Shown here: one piece after another, positions 31,097 through 40,350 of the stretch
Position numbering within the stretch: the first letter of the stretch is position 1
How the letters are laid out: every line of letters starts with the position of its first letter
Source of the DNA: Deltaproteobacteria bacterium
GTDB lineage: Bacteria; SAR324; NAC60-12
NCBI GenBank assembly: GCA_038150265.1
Contig: JAYOTF010000010.1
Coordinates: 21,445 to 85,444, forward strand
Direction of reading: 5' to 3'
Length of the DNA stretch: 64,000 bases
Notes under the pieces: model-generated
What the model saw: the letters and a program-made list of their open reading frames with translations, nothing else
What the model was told of the DNA's origin: nothing
The model's database searches: none
Program-made: the position numbers and the translations under genes

Positions 31097-32203
31097 TCAT
31101 TTCCCCGAGGCCTCCGGCAGGTTTTGCAGTTCCTCCAGAATTTCGGCCTGGTGCTGCCCGCGTTTGGGAATCGGTTGCGGGGTCCACTGGGGACCTTTGG
31201 AAAACCGGGGGGCCCGGGCGGTTTGCTGAAATCCATGGGCCGTGACCCAGGTGTCGCGAGCCTGATTCTGAGGATGCCGGGAGGCTTCTTCCGGAGAAAG
31301 CACCGGCATCACACAGGCATCGAGTCCGGCAAAGAGGGCTTCCCAATCCTGACGTGGACGGGTGGCAAACAACTCGGCAAGGCGGTCGCTCAACCGTGGC
31401 CAGAGGGCTTCGCGGAACTGGTGCTGAAACTCCTCGTCCTCCGCCAGCCCCAGGGTTTCCAGAAACAGCTGGTAAAACTTGGGTTCCAGGCACTGCACAC
31501 AGAGAAACTGGCCGTCTGCGGTCTGGTACGTCCGGCTCCAGTGCGGACCATCCAAGAGGCTCTTGCCACGCTCCAGAGTGAAGCCCCCGTTGGTCTGCAG
31601 AGAAAGCAACAGGTTGAGCATGTGTGAGGAGCCATCCAGAATCGCGGCATCGACAACGGTGCCCTCGCCGGTCTGGCGCGCCCGGAGGATGCCAGACAGC
31701 AGGCCGATGACGAGGTAAAGCGACCCGCCACCGACGTCCCCCGCCAGCGTTGGTGGTGAAACCGGAGGCACCCCCGGAGGAGAAGCCAGCGACAGCGCGC
31801 CGGAGAGGGCAATGAAGTTCATGTCATGCCCCGCGACCTGAGCCCACGGGCCCTCCTGCCCCCAGCCGGTAATGCGCCCATACACCAGCTGTGGATTGAC
31901 CGCCTGACACGCATCCGGCCCCAACCCCAGGCGCTCCATGACGCCCGGTCGAAAGCCCTCAATCAAGCCGTCTGCCGTTTTCAGCAGCGCCCGGAGCTGT
32001 TCTCGGTCCTGCTCTTGCTTCAAATCCAGAGCAAGGGAGCGTTTGCCACGGTGCAGCAGGTTCTCCTCCGGAATCCCGGGAGTGGGGTGGTGCTGGCGAC
32101 GTTGCACCAAAATCACATCGGCACCGAGGTCAGCCAGCAGCATTCCGGCAAACGGCCCGGGGCCAATTCCTTCAATTTCAACAACACGAATGCCTGATAG
32201 CAT
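31097..32203 (-). CDS. CaiB/BaiF family CoA-transferase, alpha-methylacyl-CoA racemase-like
   Basis: GIGPGPFAGMLLADLGA, RGKRS, IEGFRPGVMERLGLGP, AGHDMNF. Confidence 0.9.
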   Translation of the reverse strand: MLSGIRVVEIEGIGPGPFAGMLLADLGADVILVQRRQHHPTPGIPEENLLHRGKRSLALDLKQEQDREQLRALLKTADGLIEGFRPGVMERLGLGPDACQAVNPQLVYGRITGWGQEGPWAQVAGHDMNFIALSGALSLASPPGVPPVSPPTLAGDVGGGSLYLVIGLLSGILRARQTGEGTVVDAAILDGSSHMLNLLLSLQTNGGFTLERGKSLLDGPHWSRTYQTADGQFLCVQCLEPKFYQLFLETLGLAEDEEFQHQFREALWPRLSDRLAELFATRPRQDWEALFAGLDACVMPVLSPEEASRHPQNQARDTWVTAHGFQQTARAPRFSKGPQWTPQPIPKRGQHQAEILEELQNLPEASGK

Positions 32204-32314
32204 CTCTTCTTCTCGGTTTATCTTGGTCAAGCGGAACAATTCACAAGTTTATCGACGATTCAGCAGGGTCGCAAACCAATACTCTCCAGAAGTTTCCCCC
32301 ATTGCGGAGGCCTC

Positions 32315-33241
32315 ATGAAGCGCCCGCTCTCCTTCCCGCCTCCGGTTCAGGCCGGAGAGACCGTTGCGCTGGTAGCGACCAGCTCGCATCTCGTTTCCGG
32401 GAAGGAATCGCGGCTGCAGAAGTCCATTGCCGTTTTGGAATCGTGGGGGCTCCGGGTGAAGTTGGCAGACAACCTCCTCGCCCGGCACCTCTACCTCGCG
32501 GGTCCCGACGCCGCCCGCGCCGCCGAGTTTGAGCGACTCTACCTGGACCCCGAAGTCCGGGCGGTGCTGACCCTCCGTGGCGGGTATGGCGCGGCCCGGA
32601 TGCTTCCGCACCTGAACCCGGAGGCGCTGAAGACGCAGCAGAAGCCGGTGGTGGGCTTCAGTGATGTCACGAGCCTGCTGATTGCGCTGCAGCAGACCTG
32701 CGGCATGGTGACCTACCACGGACCCTGCCTGGCCACGGAGCAGTTTCTGGAGGCTCCGGAGGCGTTCGAAACGCAACAGACGCTGCGCCGGTGGCTGTTT
32801 CAGGAACGTCCACCAGCGGCCTACGCGGTGGAAGCCTTCCGCGCGGGCACCGCAACGGGAACGCTGGTCGGCGGATGCCTGTCTCTTGTCGTCACCACGC
32901 TGGGCACCCCACACGAGCTGGACACCGAGGGGGCCATCCTGTTTCTTGAAGACGTAGGAGAAGAGCCCTACTGCCTGGATCGGATGCTCACCCACCTCAA
33001 GAACGCGGGGAAGTTCCGGGGCCTGCGGGGGCTGGTACTGGGACGGTTTCAGGAGTGTGGGCCACCTGAGCGGCTCCGGGCGATGCTGGAGGATGTGCTG
33101 GCCGACGTTCCGGGGCCCATCGGCTGGAACCTGCCCTGTGGGCATGGTCCGCTCAACCTGCCGTTGCCGCTGGGCGCATCGGTCGTTTTAGACACGACCC
33201 AGGGGCAGCTGCAGTTTCAGCAGGAGGCGCCTTCAGCTTGA
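32315..33241 (+). CDS. LD-carboxypeptidase (peptidase S66)
   Basis: RGGYGA, GFSDVT, LFLEDVGE, CGH catalytic motifs. Confidence 0.92.
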   Translation: MKRPLSFPPPVQAGETVALVATSSHLVSGKESRLQKSIAVLESWGLRVKLADNLLARHLYLAGPDAARAAEFERLYLDPEVRAVLTLRGGYGAARMLPHLNPEALKTQQKPVVGFSDVTSLLIALQQTCGMVTYHGPCLATEQFLEAPEAFETQQTLRRWLFQERPPAAYAVEAFRAGTATGTLVGGCLSLVVTTLGTPHELDTEGAILFLEDVGEEPYCLDRMLTHLKNAGKFRGLRGLVLGRFQECGPPERLRAMLEDVLADVPGPIGWNLPCGHGPLNLPLPLGASVVLDTTQGQLQFQQEAPSA

Positions 33242-33724
33242 CCAGTCACAGGCCTGCTGCAGTGCGGGCACCTGCTCCGGAAGCTGAAAGTACGACTGAG
33301 CGGTGTGCGCAGCAGAGGGGACCGTGGGAAACAGGCGCAGGTGCTGCTCCTGCATGGTGGTCTGCAGGAGTTGGCTTCCCACAGGAGAACACTGGCTGAG
33401 GGTTGCCAGCGCTTGCAGGTGCGGACCCGCTCCCTGAGCAGCTTCTTCCTGAACCCACTCCAGGTTTTCCTGCAGGAAGCTTTCGATCTGGGCGCGTCCG
33501 GGCCGATAGAAGTCCTTGGAAGGGTGCCCGTCTTCGCACCCGGAGGTTTCGGAAGAGCGTGCGACCGCCATGGTCGTTCCGGAAGGAATCGACGTCGGAG
33601 CTGTGGTCAGGCCCCAGACGGTGTTGGAGTAAGGTGGTTTGGGGCAGCGGTGTCGGGCTTCTGCAGGAGAAGCGCTCCACAGCATCACACCCAGCACCGG
33701 GAGCAGCAGGGAGCGCGGTGACAT
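33233..33724 (-). CDS. Secreted DUF3015-like protein
   Basis: Signal peptide; TSGC; EAAQGAGPHLQALATL..C. Confidence 0.65.
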   Translation of the reverse strand: MSPRSLLLPVLGVMLWSASPAEARHRCPKPPYSNTVWGLTTAPTSIPSGTTMAVARSSETSGCEDGHPSKDFYRPGRAQIESFLQENLEWVQEEAAQGAGPHLQALATLSQCSPVGSQLLQTTMQEQHLRLFPTVPSAAHTAQSYFQLPEQVPALQQACDWSS

Positions 33725-33733
33725 GAGAATGGG

Positions 33734-34501
33734 TCAGTGTTGCAGGATCTGGCTGAGGAACAGTTTGGTCCGGTCGTTTTGCGGATCATTGAAGAACGCC
33801 TCTGGTTCATTTTGCTCAATGATCTCTCCGCCGTCCATAAAAATCACGCGATTGGCCACGGTGCGGGCAAATCCCATCTCGTGGGTCACCACCAGCATGG
33901 TCATTCCGGTGCCTGCCAGCTCAATCATCACGTCCAGCACCTCCTTGATCATTTCGGGATCCAGCGCCGACGTCGGCTCGTCAAAGAGCATGATGCGTGG
34001 GTTCATGCACAGCGACCGCGCGATGGCCACCCGTTGCTGCTGACCTCCCGAGAGCTGCCCCGGGTACTTGTTGGCCTGGTCCGGAATCTTCACACGCTCC
34101 AGGTACTTCATCGCAGTGGCTTCAGCCTCCGCCTTGGGCTGCTTGCGGACCCAGATGGGAGCCAGGGTGCAGTTTTCCAGCACCGTCAGGTGGGGAAAGA
34201 GGTTGAAGTGCTGAAACACCATCCCCACCTCGCGGCGGACTTGCTCAATGTGCTTGAGGTCATTGGTCAGCTCAATGCCGTCCACCACAATGTCCCCTTC
34301 CTGATGCTCCTCCAGTCGGTTGATGCAGCGGATGAGTGTGGATTTTCCGGATCCGGAAGGCCCGCAGATCACAATCCGCTCTCCGGAGGTCACCTCGAGG
34401 TCCACATCTTTGAGGACGTGGAACTGGCCGTACCACTTGTTCATCTTCCGGATTTGAATAACGGGCTTGCCCGTCGGATCAACAGCAGGGGTTGCGGTCA
34501 T
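33734..34501 (-). CDS. aapP: General L-amino acid ABC transporter ATP-binding protein
   Basis: [28 protein letters not shown]; operon context. Confidence 0.9.
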   Translation of the reverse strand: MTATPAVDPTGKPVIQIRKMNKWYGQFHVLKDVDLEVTSGERIVICGPSGSGKSTLIRCINRLEEHQEGDIVVDGIELTNDLKHIEQVRREVGMVFQHFNLFPHLTVLENCTLAPIWVRKQPKAEAEATAMKYLERVKIPDQANKYPGQLSGGQQQRVAIARSLCMNPRIMLFDEPTSALDPEMIKEVLDVMIELAGTGMTMLVVTHEMGFARTVANRVIFMDGGEIIEQNEPEAFFNDPQNDRTKLFLSQILQH

Positions 34502-34562
34502 GATGTTTCAGTCAGTTGATGGTGTCGATAAAAGGAACGAGGTCCCTCTGATGCAGAAACCG

Positions 34563-35693
34563 TTAGCGCTTGTGTCCGGTGTGCAGCTTCGCCTCAATGT
34601 AACGGCTGTAGCGCGACATGCCGTAGCAGAAGACGAAGAAGGTCAGGGCCACAAAGACGTATCCCGTCGACGGGACGCTCCGGATGCTCCAGTTGGGGTC
34701 GGCAATGGCCGCATTCACCATGCCGAGCAGGTCCAGCAGGCCGATGATCAGCACCAGCGTGGTGTCCTTGAACAGGCCGATGAAGGTGTTCACAATGCCG
34801 GGAATCACGGCCTTCAGGGCCTGAGGCAAAATGATCAGGCGCATGGATTTCCAGTAGCTCAAACCGAGGGCGTCTGCCGCTTCGTACTGACCCTTGCCCA
34901 GGGACTGCAGGCCCCCCCGCACGACTTCTGCCATGTACGCCGAGGAAAACAGCGCCACCCCGATCAGGGCCCGGAGCAACTGGTCGAAGTTCAGGCCGGT
35001 CGGAAAGAAGAGCGGCAGCACGTAGGCGGCCATGAACAGCACGGTGATGAGGGGAACCCCTCGCCAGAACTCGATGAAGACGATGCAGGTCGAACGAATG
35101 ATGGGCATGTTCGAGCGACGTCCCAGCGCCAGCAAGATGCCCAGCGGCAGTGACGCGATGATGCCCAGCAGGGCCACCACCAGCGTGAGGATGAAGCCCC
35201 CCCACTGGCTCGTTTCCACCACAGCCAGCCCGGCAAAGCCGCCATACATGATCGCCCACGCCAGCAGCGGAAAGGGAACCATCATGAAGCCTCCCACCCA
35301 GCGGCGTGCGGGTGCGTTCTCCCAGGCGGACCAGAGAATGCCGCCAAACAGGATCAGCAGCACCAGGTCCACTCGCCAGCGTTCAGACTTCTCATAGAAG
35401 CCATAGACAAACTGGTCGAAGCGCGTTCCGATGAAGGTCCAGCAGGCAGCATGCGGATTGGCCCGACAGGCCTCGTTGCCTCCGGACCAGACTGCGTTGA
35501 AGACGAGCCAGTTCAGGGCGTCCCAGATCAACCAAAATCCGAGCACTCCGAAAATGACCGTCAGCAGGGAGTTGGTCAGGTTGGAAAAGAGGTTCTCCCG
35601 AATCCACCCCACCACGCCTACCGTTGTCGGAGGAGCCGGACGGCTCGGTGTGGATTCTTGACGGACGTAGGCGATTGACGATTGATTGCTCAT
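34563..35693 (-). CDS. aapM: General L-amino acid ABC transporter permease
   Basis: WIRENLFS, RGVPLITVLFM, AEVVRGGLQ, FKDTTL. Confidence 0.88.
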   Translation of the reverse strand: MSNQSSIAYVRQESTPSRPAPPTTVGVVGWIRENLFSNLTNSLLTVIFGVLGFWLIWDALNWLVFNAVWSGGNEACRANPHAACWTFIGTRFDQFVYGFYEKSERWRVDLVLLILFGGILWSAWENAPARRWVGGFMMVPFPLLAWAIMYGGFAGLAVVETSQWGGFILTLVVALLGIIASLPLGILLALGRRSNMPIIRSTCIVFIEFWRGVPLITVLFMAAYVLPLFFPTGLNFDQLLRALIGVALFSSAYMAEVVRGGLQSLGKGQYEAADALGLSYWKSMRLIILPQALKAVIPGIVNTFIGLFKDTTLVLIIGLLDLLGMVNAAIADPNWSIRSVPSTGYVFVALTFFVFCYGMSRYSRYIEAKLHTGHKR

Positions 35694-35695
35694 GA

Positions 35696-36874
35696 TTAAC
35701 GCTCCACCAGGGCCACACGGGAGTTAAACCAGTTCATGAAGGCTGAGGTCAACAGGCTCAGGCTCAGGTACACCGACATGGTAATGGCCAGCGTTTCCAG
35801 GGCCTGACCGTTCTGGTTCAGGGCGGTGCCCGCAAACGTGGCCACCAGGTCCGGATACGCGATGGCTGCTGCCAGTGAGGAGTTCTTCGTCAGGTTGAGG
35901 TACTGGCTCGTCAGGGGCGGAATGATGATGCGCATGGCCTGCGGGATGATCACCAGCCGCAGGGTCGGGCTCCGGCGCAGTCCCAGCGCATGAGCGGCTT
36001 CTGTTTGACCATGGCTGACGGCCTGAATCCCGGCCCGGACGATTTCGGCAATGAAGGATGCGGTGTAGAGAACCAGCGAGAGCGTGACCGCAATGAACTC
36101 CGGAATGATGGTGATGCCTCCGGACAGGTTAAAGCGTCCCATCTCTGCAGGAGCATACGAAATCGGCGAGCCCGACAGCAAGAAGACCGCCACCGGGAGC
36201 CCCACAATCAGCGCCAGCGCTGCAAGTCCCACGGGGAACTGGGCCCCGGTTGATTCCTGACGCTGCTTCGCCCAGCGCTGGAGGCCGACGGTGACCAGGA
36301 TTCCTAAAAGCAGCGCCCAAACCGTCCAGCTGAATCCGTCCAGGAAGGTGTAATCCGGAACGGTAATGCCGCGGTTTGAGACGCCAAAGTAAACTTCAGA
36401 ATTTCGTTCAAAGACTTCTCGAGGCCCAGGAAGGGGCTTGAGAACAGCGGTGTACCAGAAGAGGATCTGCAGCAGCAGCGGCACATTCCGGAACATTTCC
36501 ACGTAAATCGTCGCCAGCCGAGACACCACCCAGTTGGGGGAAAGTCGCATGACGCCGATGAGAAAGCCCACCAGTGTGGCCAAAAAGATACCGGTCCCTG
36601 CCACAAGGAGCGTATTGAGGACCCCCACCACAAACACCCGACCGTAGGTGTCTCCCGGCTCATAAGGGATGAGGGACATGGTGATGCTGAACCCGGCGGT
36701 CTCTTCCAGAAAGCCAAAACCCGCCCGAATGTTCCGGGCTTCCATGTTGGCAATCGTGTTGTCAACCAGGCTCCACCCCAGATAAATCAGAAAACCCGCC
36801 ATCAGCAACTGATACAGGACGGCACGAAACTGAGGATCGTTGATCAATGAGGGAGAGGAGTTGCGAGCAGGCAT
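35696..36874 (-). CDS. aapQ: General L-amino acid ABC transporter permease
   Basis: GFGFL, NTLLVA, RNVPLLLQI, AEIVRAGI, KNSSLA. Confidence 0.88.
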   Translation of the reverse strand: MPARNSSPSLINDPQFRAVLYQLLMAGFLIYLGWSLVDNTIANMEARNIRAGFGFLEETAGFSITMSLIPYEPGDTYGRVFVVGVLNTLLVAGTGIFLATLVGFLIGVMRLSPNWVVSRLATIYVEMFRNVPLLLQILFWYTAVLKPLPGPREVFERNSEVYFGVSNRGITVPDYTFLDGFSWTVWALLLGILVTVGLQRWAKQRQESTGAQFPVGLAALALIVGLPVAVFLLSGSPISYAPAEMGRFNLSGGITIIPEFIAVTLSLVLYTASFIAEIVRAGIQAVSHGQTEAAHALGLRRSPTLRLVIIPQAMRIIIPPLTSQYLNLTKNSSLAAAIAYPDLVATFAGTALNQNGQALETLAITMSVYLSLSLLTSAFMNWFNSRVALVER

Positions 36875-36913
36875 GAAGGCATTGAGAACGTGGTGAAATC
36901 AAGAGGGCGGGAA

Positions 36914-36935
36914 CCCGGCCCCATGAGAGGCCGGG
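36914..36935. other. Intercistronic hairpin between aapJ and aapQ
   Basis: CCCGGCC...GGCCGGG stem, typical of an mRNA-stabilising hairpin after a binding-protein gene. Confidence 0.5.
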
Positions 36936-36957
36936 AATGATTTCTGATGCCGATGAA

Positions 36958-37986
36958 TTAGCGGATCGGCGGAGCGTAGATCAGGCCACCCTTCGTCCAA
37001 AGAGCGTTCACGCTACCGTCACGGGTCAGCTGAAGCGGAGTGTTGGCGCCCACGTTGCGCTCGTACATCTCGCCGTAGTTGCCCACCTGCTTGATCATGC
37101 TGTAGGCCCAGTCAGCAGACACGCCCACCGACTCGTTCAGGTCGCCTTCCACACCCAACAGGCGCTTGATGGAAGGATTGTCGCTGCTGCGCATCTGGTC
37201 AACGTTTGCCGAGGTCACTCCGAGCTCTTCGGCATTGATCAGAGCATTCAGCGTCCAGCGTGCCAGGTCGGCCCACTGCGGATCATCCTGACGGACAACG
37301 GGTCCGAGCGGCTCCTTGGAGATGATCTCCGGCAGAACCATGTGCTCATCCGGGTTGGTCAGCTTGGTGCGCTGAGCGGCCAGTCCGGAGCGGTCCGTGG
37401 TGTAGACGTCACAACGTCCGGCGTCATAGGCGCCCACCACTTCGTCCGCCTTCTCAAAGGCCACCAGCTCAAACTGCATGTTGTTCGAGCGGAAGAAGTC
37501 GGTCAGGTTCAGCTCGGTCGTGGTTCCGGTGTTGGTGCAGGCCGAAGCACCGTCCAATTCCCTGGCACTCTTCACGCCGAGGCTCTTGCGCACCATGAAG
37601 CCCTGTCCGTCGTAGTAGTTCACTCCCACGAACTCCAGACCCAGCGTCGCGTCACGCTGCATGGTCCAGGTGGTGTTCCGGGCCAGGACGTCCACCTCTC
37701 CGGAACGCAGCGCCTCGAAGCGAGCCTTCGCCGAAAGCGGGGTGAACTTCACCTTGGACGAGTCCGCGAACACGGCAGAAGCCATGGCTCGGCAGAAGTC
37801 CACGTCCAGTCCAGACCAGTTGCCCTGGTCGTCCGGATTCGAGAACCCGGGCAGGCCCTGGCTCACACCACACTGAATGAATCCCTTGGCTTTCACCGCA
37901 CCCAGCGTGCCGGAACTGTGGCCGGCCGCCATCGCGACGCCACCCAGCAAGGCTACCGAAATGAAGGACATGAATAATTTTTTCAT
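36958..37986 (-). CDS. aapJ: General L-amino acid ABC transporter substrate-binding protein
   Basis: Signal peptide; CGVSQGLPGFS, RNTTWT, YYDGQGF, ISKEPLGP, VGNYGE, GGLIYAPPIR. Confidence 0.92.
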   Translation of the reverse strand: MKKLFMSFISVALLGGVAMAAGHSSGTLGAVKAKGFIQCGVSQGLPGFSNPDDQGNWSGLDVDFCRAMASAVFADSSKVKFTPLSAKARFEALRSGEVDVLARNTTWTMQRDATLGLEFVGVNYYDGQGFMVRKSLGVKSARELDGASACTNTGTTTELNLTDFFRSNNMQFELVAFEKADEVVGAYDAGRCDVYTTDRSGLAAQRTKLTNPDEHMVLPEIISKEPLGPVVRQDDPQWADLARWTLNALINAEELGVTSANVDQMRSSDNPSIKRLLGVEGDLNESVGVSADWAYSMIKQVGNYGEMYERNVGANTPLQLTRDGSVNALWTKGGLIYAPPIR

Positions 37987-38090
37987 TACGTCTCTCCTCG
38001 TAGAGTTGATAGTAGGACAAATGCCCAATCTTGATTGAAAAAGGCTCTTCAATTGAGCCCTGCTTCCCGATTGAAGTCAAGGTTTGAACG

Positions 38091-38121
38091 AAAAAAAGTC
38101 GATCTCCAACAGGGGTTGGAG
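38091..38121 (-). terminator. Putative intrinsic terminator after menE
   Basis: CTCCAAC-N4-GTTGGAG stem, with a T7 run 6 nt downstream on the minus strand. Confidence 0.45.
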
Positions 38122-38172
38122 GCAGCTCCTTCCCGAATCGCCAATTTTTTTCGTCTTTAATGTAACGAAGTG

Positions 38173-40320
38173 TCAATTTTGTCGTAAATCACACTTAAAA
38201 TATTGATTCATCTGGAATCGACGCGATCTTTCCCGCTCAGACGTGTTGGCCGTGGCCCAGTCAGCCGCAGCAATCCAGGGCAGTTGGCGAAGGGCAGAGG
38301 CGAGGCGGGCTTCCTCAGATTCAGAGAGGTCCCAAAAGGGCTGATCCCGAACCGTGCCATCGGCTTCCCGGAGGCTCTGAACCTTCCACCCCAGGAAACG
38401 CAGGCGTTCGTCAGGCTGCGAGCGAAACAGCAGGCGCAGCCGGAAGAACCGCGGCACGCCCGACAGGCACGCACCAATCTGCAGGACCTGCTCCCCGGAC
38501 GCCAGTGGCCCTGCCTCGGCAGGAGGAAGCACCAGCGTCGCCTCCGAAAGCTCCAGCTGTCTGGGAAGAAACACCGGCGAGGTGCGTGAAACCAGAGGGG
38601 CAAAGGGAATCGTCTGCTGCGTCTGCAGGTCCAGCGCTTCTGTGACCTCCGGAGGCAGGTCTTCTGCCAGCAGGCGGACCACCTCCAAAACGTCCTCCAC
38701 CCGGTTGTTCCGAGGGCGGGAGAGCGGCTTCCACGGCAAAGCCTCCCGGGCCGCTCCCAGCTCGCGGAGCCAGTCCACGACCTCCTGACGCGTCTGTGCC
38801 AGAACGAGGCAAGCCTGTGGCTCTGGAAAGAGCTGATGATGGATGACCTCAAACACCTGGCCGCTCCCAACCTGCCACACCGGGCGCCAGCCCAGAAACG
38901 ACTGACGCAGCCAGCGCCTCAAGGGACGGTACTGCACCCACTGGTCGTAAAGTGGCTGGGCCTGCAGGGCCAACTCCGGACGCCGCGGCTTGAGCCCTGC
39001 CGCAACGTCGGTTGGCCACGGCAGAAACAGCTCGGGCACCTGAAACCCTGCCAGCGTCCGGCGCAAATCGTGAGCCCAGGTATTCGGGGTCCAGGCCACC
39101 TCCGGAGCCTCGACAAATGCGACCGGACGCGCTCCAAACTCTTCGTCATCCACCGGCACCACAATCGCCTGAGCCAAATCCGGCAGGTCCAGCAAGGCCC
39201 GCTCAACGGTTTCCGGATGCACGTTCTCGCCTCCCGAAATGAACATCGCATCACGGCGTCCCCGGACTTCGAGCACGCCCTCCACGAGCCGCCCGAGGTC
39301 TCCGGTTGAGAACCACCCCTCTGCATCAAAAGGCTGCTGCAGCGTGTCTTCTTGCTGGTAGCCCAGAAAACGGGTCGGGCCACGGACCTCAATTTCTCCA
39401 GAGCCGTCTTCTGCAAGCGCCTGAACCCGCAACTCCCGTCCCGGGAGCAGGCGAGCCGCCACCTTCCACGCTCCGTTTTCCTGCACCAGCGGCCCGGTTG
39501 CGACCTGTGAGGCCATCTCGGTGCTTCCGTAACTGGCCTGCACCGGCAGCCCCAACGCGCCACACCGTTCCAGCAGCGAAGGCGCAACCCCGGCGCCACC
39601 AATGAGGATCAGCTTGAGCGTCCGGAGCGCTGCCACGCCTTCCGCGGTGTTCAGCAGGCGCTGCAGCTGGGTTGGAACCAGCGAGACGTGGGTCACTCCC
39701 GGAGGAGGCACCACCGTGGAACGCTCCTGTGGCAGGACCATGGTCGCGCCAGCAAGCAGCGTCCGGAACGCAATCGACAGCCCACCAACATGAAACAGCG
39801 GAATCGACAGCAGCCAGCGGTCTCCCGGACCCAGCGGCATGACCGCATTGGCTCCGGAGGCATTCCAGAGGAAGTTCCCCAACGACAGCACGGCGGCCTT
39901 CGGAGTGCCCGAGCTTCCGGACGTAAACACCACGGTCGCCGGACGCGTCAAATCCAGGTCTGGCAACGGCTCTGAAGCAACGGCGCCCTGCGCCCTCACC
40001 GCTCCGGAGGGGATCCAACGAGAGGCGCCGATCTGCTGCTGCAGCTCCTGCCGACGGGATTCCGGAAAAGCCGGATTGAGCGGGGCCACCAGGGCTCCAC
40101 GCAGCCAGGCGGCCAGCAGGGTCAGGAGCGTGGGAACCGGCTCTGCGGCAACAACGGCCACCCGCTCACCGGCTTGAAGGTTCAGTTCCTCTCCGAGCGC
40201 CTGAGCCCGGCGGAGGAAGTGCTGAAACGACCACGACGCATCCGGAGCCTCCAACCAGGGCTCGGTTGCCGTTGCGGCCTGACGCCAGAGATCATCTCCG
40301 GGAGCAAGGGGGGCGGGCAT
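38173..40320 (-). CDS. menE: o-succinylbenzoate-CoA ligase with about 250-aa C-terminal extension
   Basis: FTSGSSGTPKA, PLFHVGG, SLVPTQL, YGSTEMASQ, TGDLG, GRRDAMFISGGENVHPE. Confidence 0.8.
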   Translation of the reverse strand: MPAPLAPGDDLWRQAATATEPWLEAPDASWSFQHFLRRAQALGEELNLQAGERVAVVAAEPVPTLLTLLAAWLRGALVAPLNPAFPESRRQELQQQIGASRWIPSGAVRAQGAVASEPLPDLDLTRPATVVFTSGSSGTPKAAVLSLGNFLWNASGANAVMPLGPGDRWLLSIPLFHVGGLSIAFRTLLAGATMVLPQERSTVVPPPGVTHVSLVPTQLQRLLNTAEGVAALRTLKLILIGGAGVAPSLLERCGALGLPVQASYGSTEMASQVATGPLVQENGAWKVAARLLPGRELRVQALAEDGSGEIEVRGPTRFLGYQQEDTLQQPFDAEGWFSTGDLGRLVEGVLEVRGRRDAMFISGGENVHPETVERALLDLPDLAQAIVVPVDDEEFGARPVAFVEAPEVAWTPNTWAHDLRRTLAGFQVPELFLPWPTDVAAGLKPRRPELALQAQPLYDQWVQYRPLRRWLRQSFLGWRPVWQVGSGQVFEVIHHQLFPEPQACLVLAQTRQEVVDWLRELGAAREALPWKPLSRPRNNRVEDVLEVVRLLAEDLPPEVTEALDLQTQQTIPFAPLVSRTSPVFLPRQLELSEATLVLPPAEAGPLASGEQVLQIGACLSGVPRFFRLRLLFRSQPDERLRFLGWKVQSLREADGTVRDQPFWDLSESEEARLASALRQLPWIAAADWATANTSERERSRRFQMNQYFKCDLRQN

Positions 40321-40350
40321 GTGATTTTCTTGTCAAGAGGGAGGGGGAGG

